Positions 63,151 through 64,000 of a DNA stretch of 64,000 nt are shown piece by piece. A program made the translations under genes and the position numbers. The notes under the pieces were generated by a model. The model was given only the letters and a program-made list of their open reading frames with translations, made no database searches and had not been told where the DNA came from. Position 1 is the stretch's first letter. Every line of letters starts with the position of its first letter. Origin of the DNA: Oscillatoriales cyanobacterium CG2_30_40_61 (GTDB lineage Bacteria > Cyanobacteriota > Cyanobacteriia > Cyanobacteriales > Microcoleaceae); NCBI GenBank assembly GCA_001873365.1, contig MNYZ01000093.1:504-64503 (forward strand), in the 5' to 3' direction.

Positions 63151-63624
63151 AACTTCGATGAATATTTATTACGAGAATGACAAGGTTTAGCCAGGGAAAG
63201 AATACATTTATCCTTAATTATTGGAGATATCGATAGGTTTCAAGGATATAACGAAGTTTATGGATATGATCAAGGAGATATCTGTTTACAAACCATCGCC
63301 CAAACCCTAGCTGCCTGTATTAAACGTCCGGCGGATTTGGTGGGACGTTATAGGGTAGCAAAATTTGCAATTTTGCTACCCCATACAGCTAGGGCTGGCG
63401 CAATAGAAGTAGCCAAGCTAATCCGAGCTAAAATTCAACAACTGGAAATTCCTCACCCTAAATCTGAGATCAGTCTCTACCTAACTATGAGTTTAGGGGT
63501 AGCCACGGCGATTCCTTCACCGGAATTGTCCCCCTATCCGTTGATCGCCGTTGCCCAAGAAGCACTACAGGAGGCCAAACAACAAGGGGGCGATCAGATT
63601 GGTGTCGGGGTACGTTGGCGTTAG
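63151..63624 (+). pseudogene. Decayed GGDEF domain
   Basis: The frame reads NFDEYLLRE*QGLARE...LSLIIGDIDRFQGYNEVYG...GDICL...KRPADLVGRYRVAKF. A TGA at 63178 stands where Trp is expected, the signature has become RVAKF, and no upstream start is in frame. Confidence 0.8.
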
Positions 63625-63642
63625 AAACAGCTTAAATATTGA

Positions 63643-63858
63643 TTAAGATTTTTTAGTATCGATCTGTTCTGTTTCTCCATCCTCATTTTTTCCGGTGTAA
63701 CTCAGTGTCCTCCATTGATCAAGGGTAGTTTGATACACCTCAGATTTGGATGGGACTGCATGGGCAGAAGCCACGGAAAACACGGTAAAACTTGTAGACG
63801 CCACAAGTCCTAACAAAACAATAATATTTTTCATGAGATGACCCCTGATGGCTATCAA
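63643..63858 (-). CDS. Short hypothetical exported peptide (possibly truncated)
   Basis: Signal-peptide-like MKNIIVLLGLVASTSFTVFSVASAHA followed by about 38 aa. Confidence 0.4.
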   Translation of the reverse strand: MIAIRGHLMKNIIVLLGLVASTSFTVFSVASAHAVPSKSEVYQTTLDQWRTLSYTGKNEDGETEQIDTKKS

Positions 63859-64000
63859 AATTGATGCCTTGATTGAACAAAATCCTGATATGACCAGGTT
63901 TTTATAACCCGATTAGATCTGGGAGAACCGCACGAGGGATGTAGAAATCTGCCCCGGTGTTCTGGTGTTCTCGGATATATATTCCCTCTATTTTGAGAAT

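Noticed and set aside
1007-63858. Many short ORF-track entries antisense to or nested in real genes (e.g. 1007-1261, 3708-3890, 8748-8942, 13492-14061, 14590-14871, 19850-20179, 29980-30279, 51742-52038)
   Set aside because: They overlap well-supported genes, have no recognisable motifs, and are explained as shadow frames.
1-64000. CRISPR array
   Set aside because: No run of identical 25-45 bp repeats with unique spacers was found. The tandem repeats seen are adjacent units or coding duplications, and there are no cas genes.
1-64000. tRNA, rRNA or autonomous transposase/integrase
   Set aside because: I saw no cloverleaf with T-loop and D-loop consensus, no rRNA-like tract, and no ORF with DDE, HUH or tyrosine-recombinase motifs. 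A tRNAscan/Infernal run would be the formal test.

Overview
This is AT-rich chromosomal DNA from a filamentous cyanobacterium. The frequent HIP1 octamers (GCGATCGC), STRR-type heptamer repeats and cyanobacteria-specific genes suggest an Oscillatoriales/Planktothrix-like genome, which is an inference. Most of the window is housekeeping or conserved cyanobacterial genes (hslO, hemW, purF, purL, tadA, rne, proB, sbcC, puuE, ugd and others). The most striking feature is an operon-like cluster at 33048-42133. It encodes a coiled-coil protein, a single-pass membrane protein with a putative longin/roadblock-like cytoplasmic domain plus periplasmic BON and OmpA domains, a stand-alone Rab/Ras-like GTPase, a diguanylate cyclase and an adenylate cyclase that share a paralogous N-terminal domain, and a HetZ-like regulator. 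Together these look like an envelope-anchored small-GTPase switch linked to c-di-GMP and cAMP. Also present are two LAGLIDADG inteins in metabolic enzymes (PurL and a UDP-glucuronate decarboxylase), two toxin-antitoxin pairs, a frameshifted CHAT protease locus, a GGDEF pseudogene, structured 5' leaders, candidate NtcA and CRP sites, and several families of miniature repeat elements. I found no CRISPR array, tRNA, rRNA or transposase. All calls come from reading motifs by eye; no database search was run.
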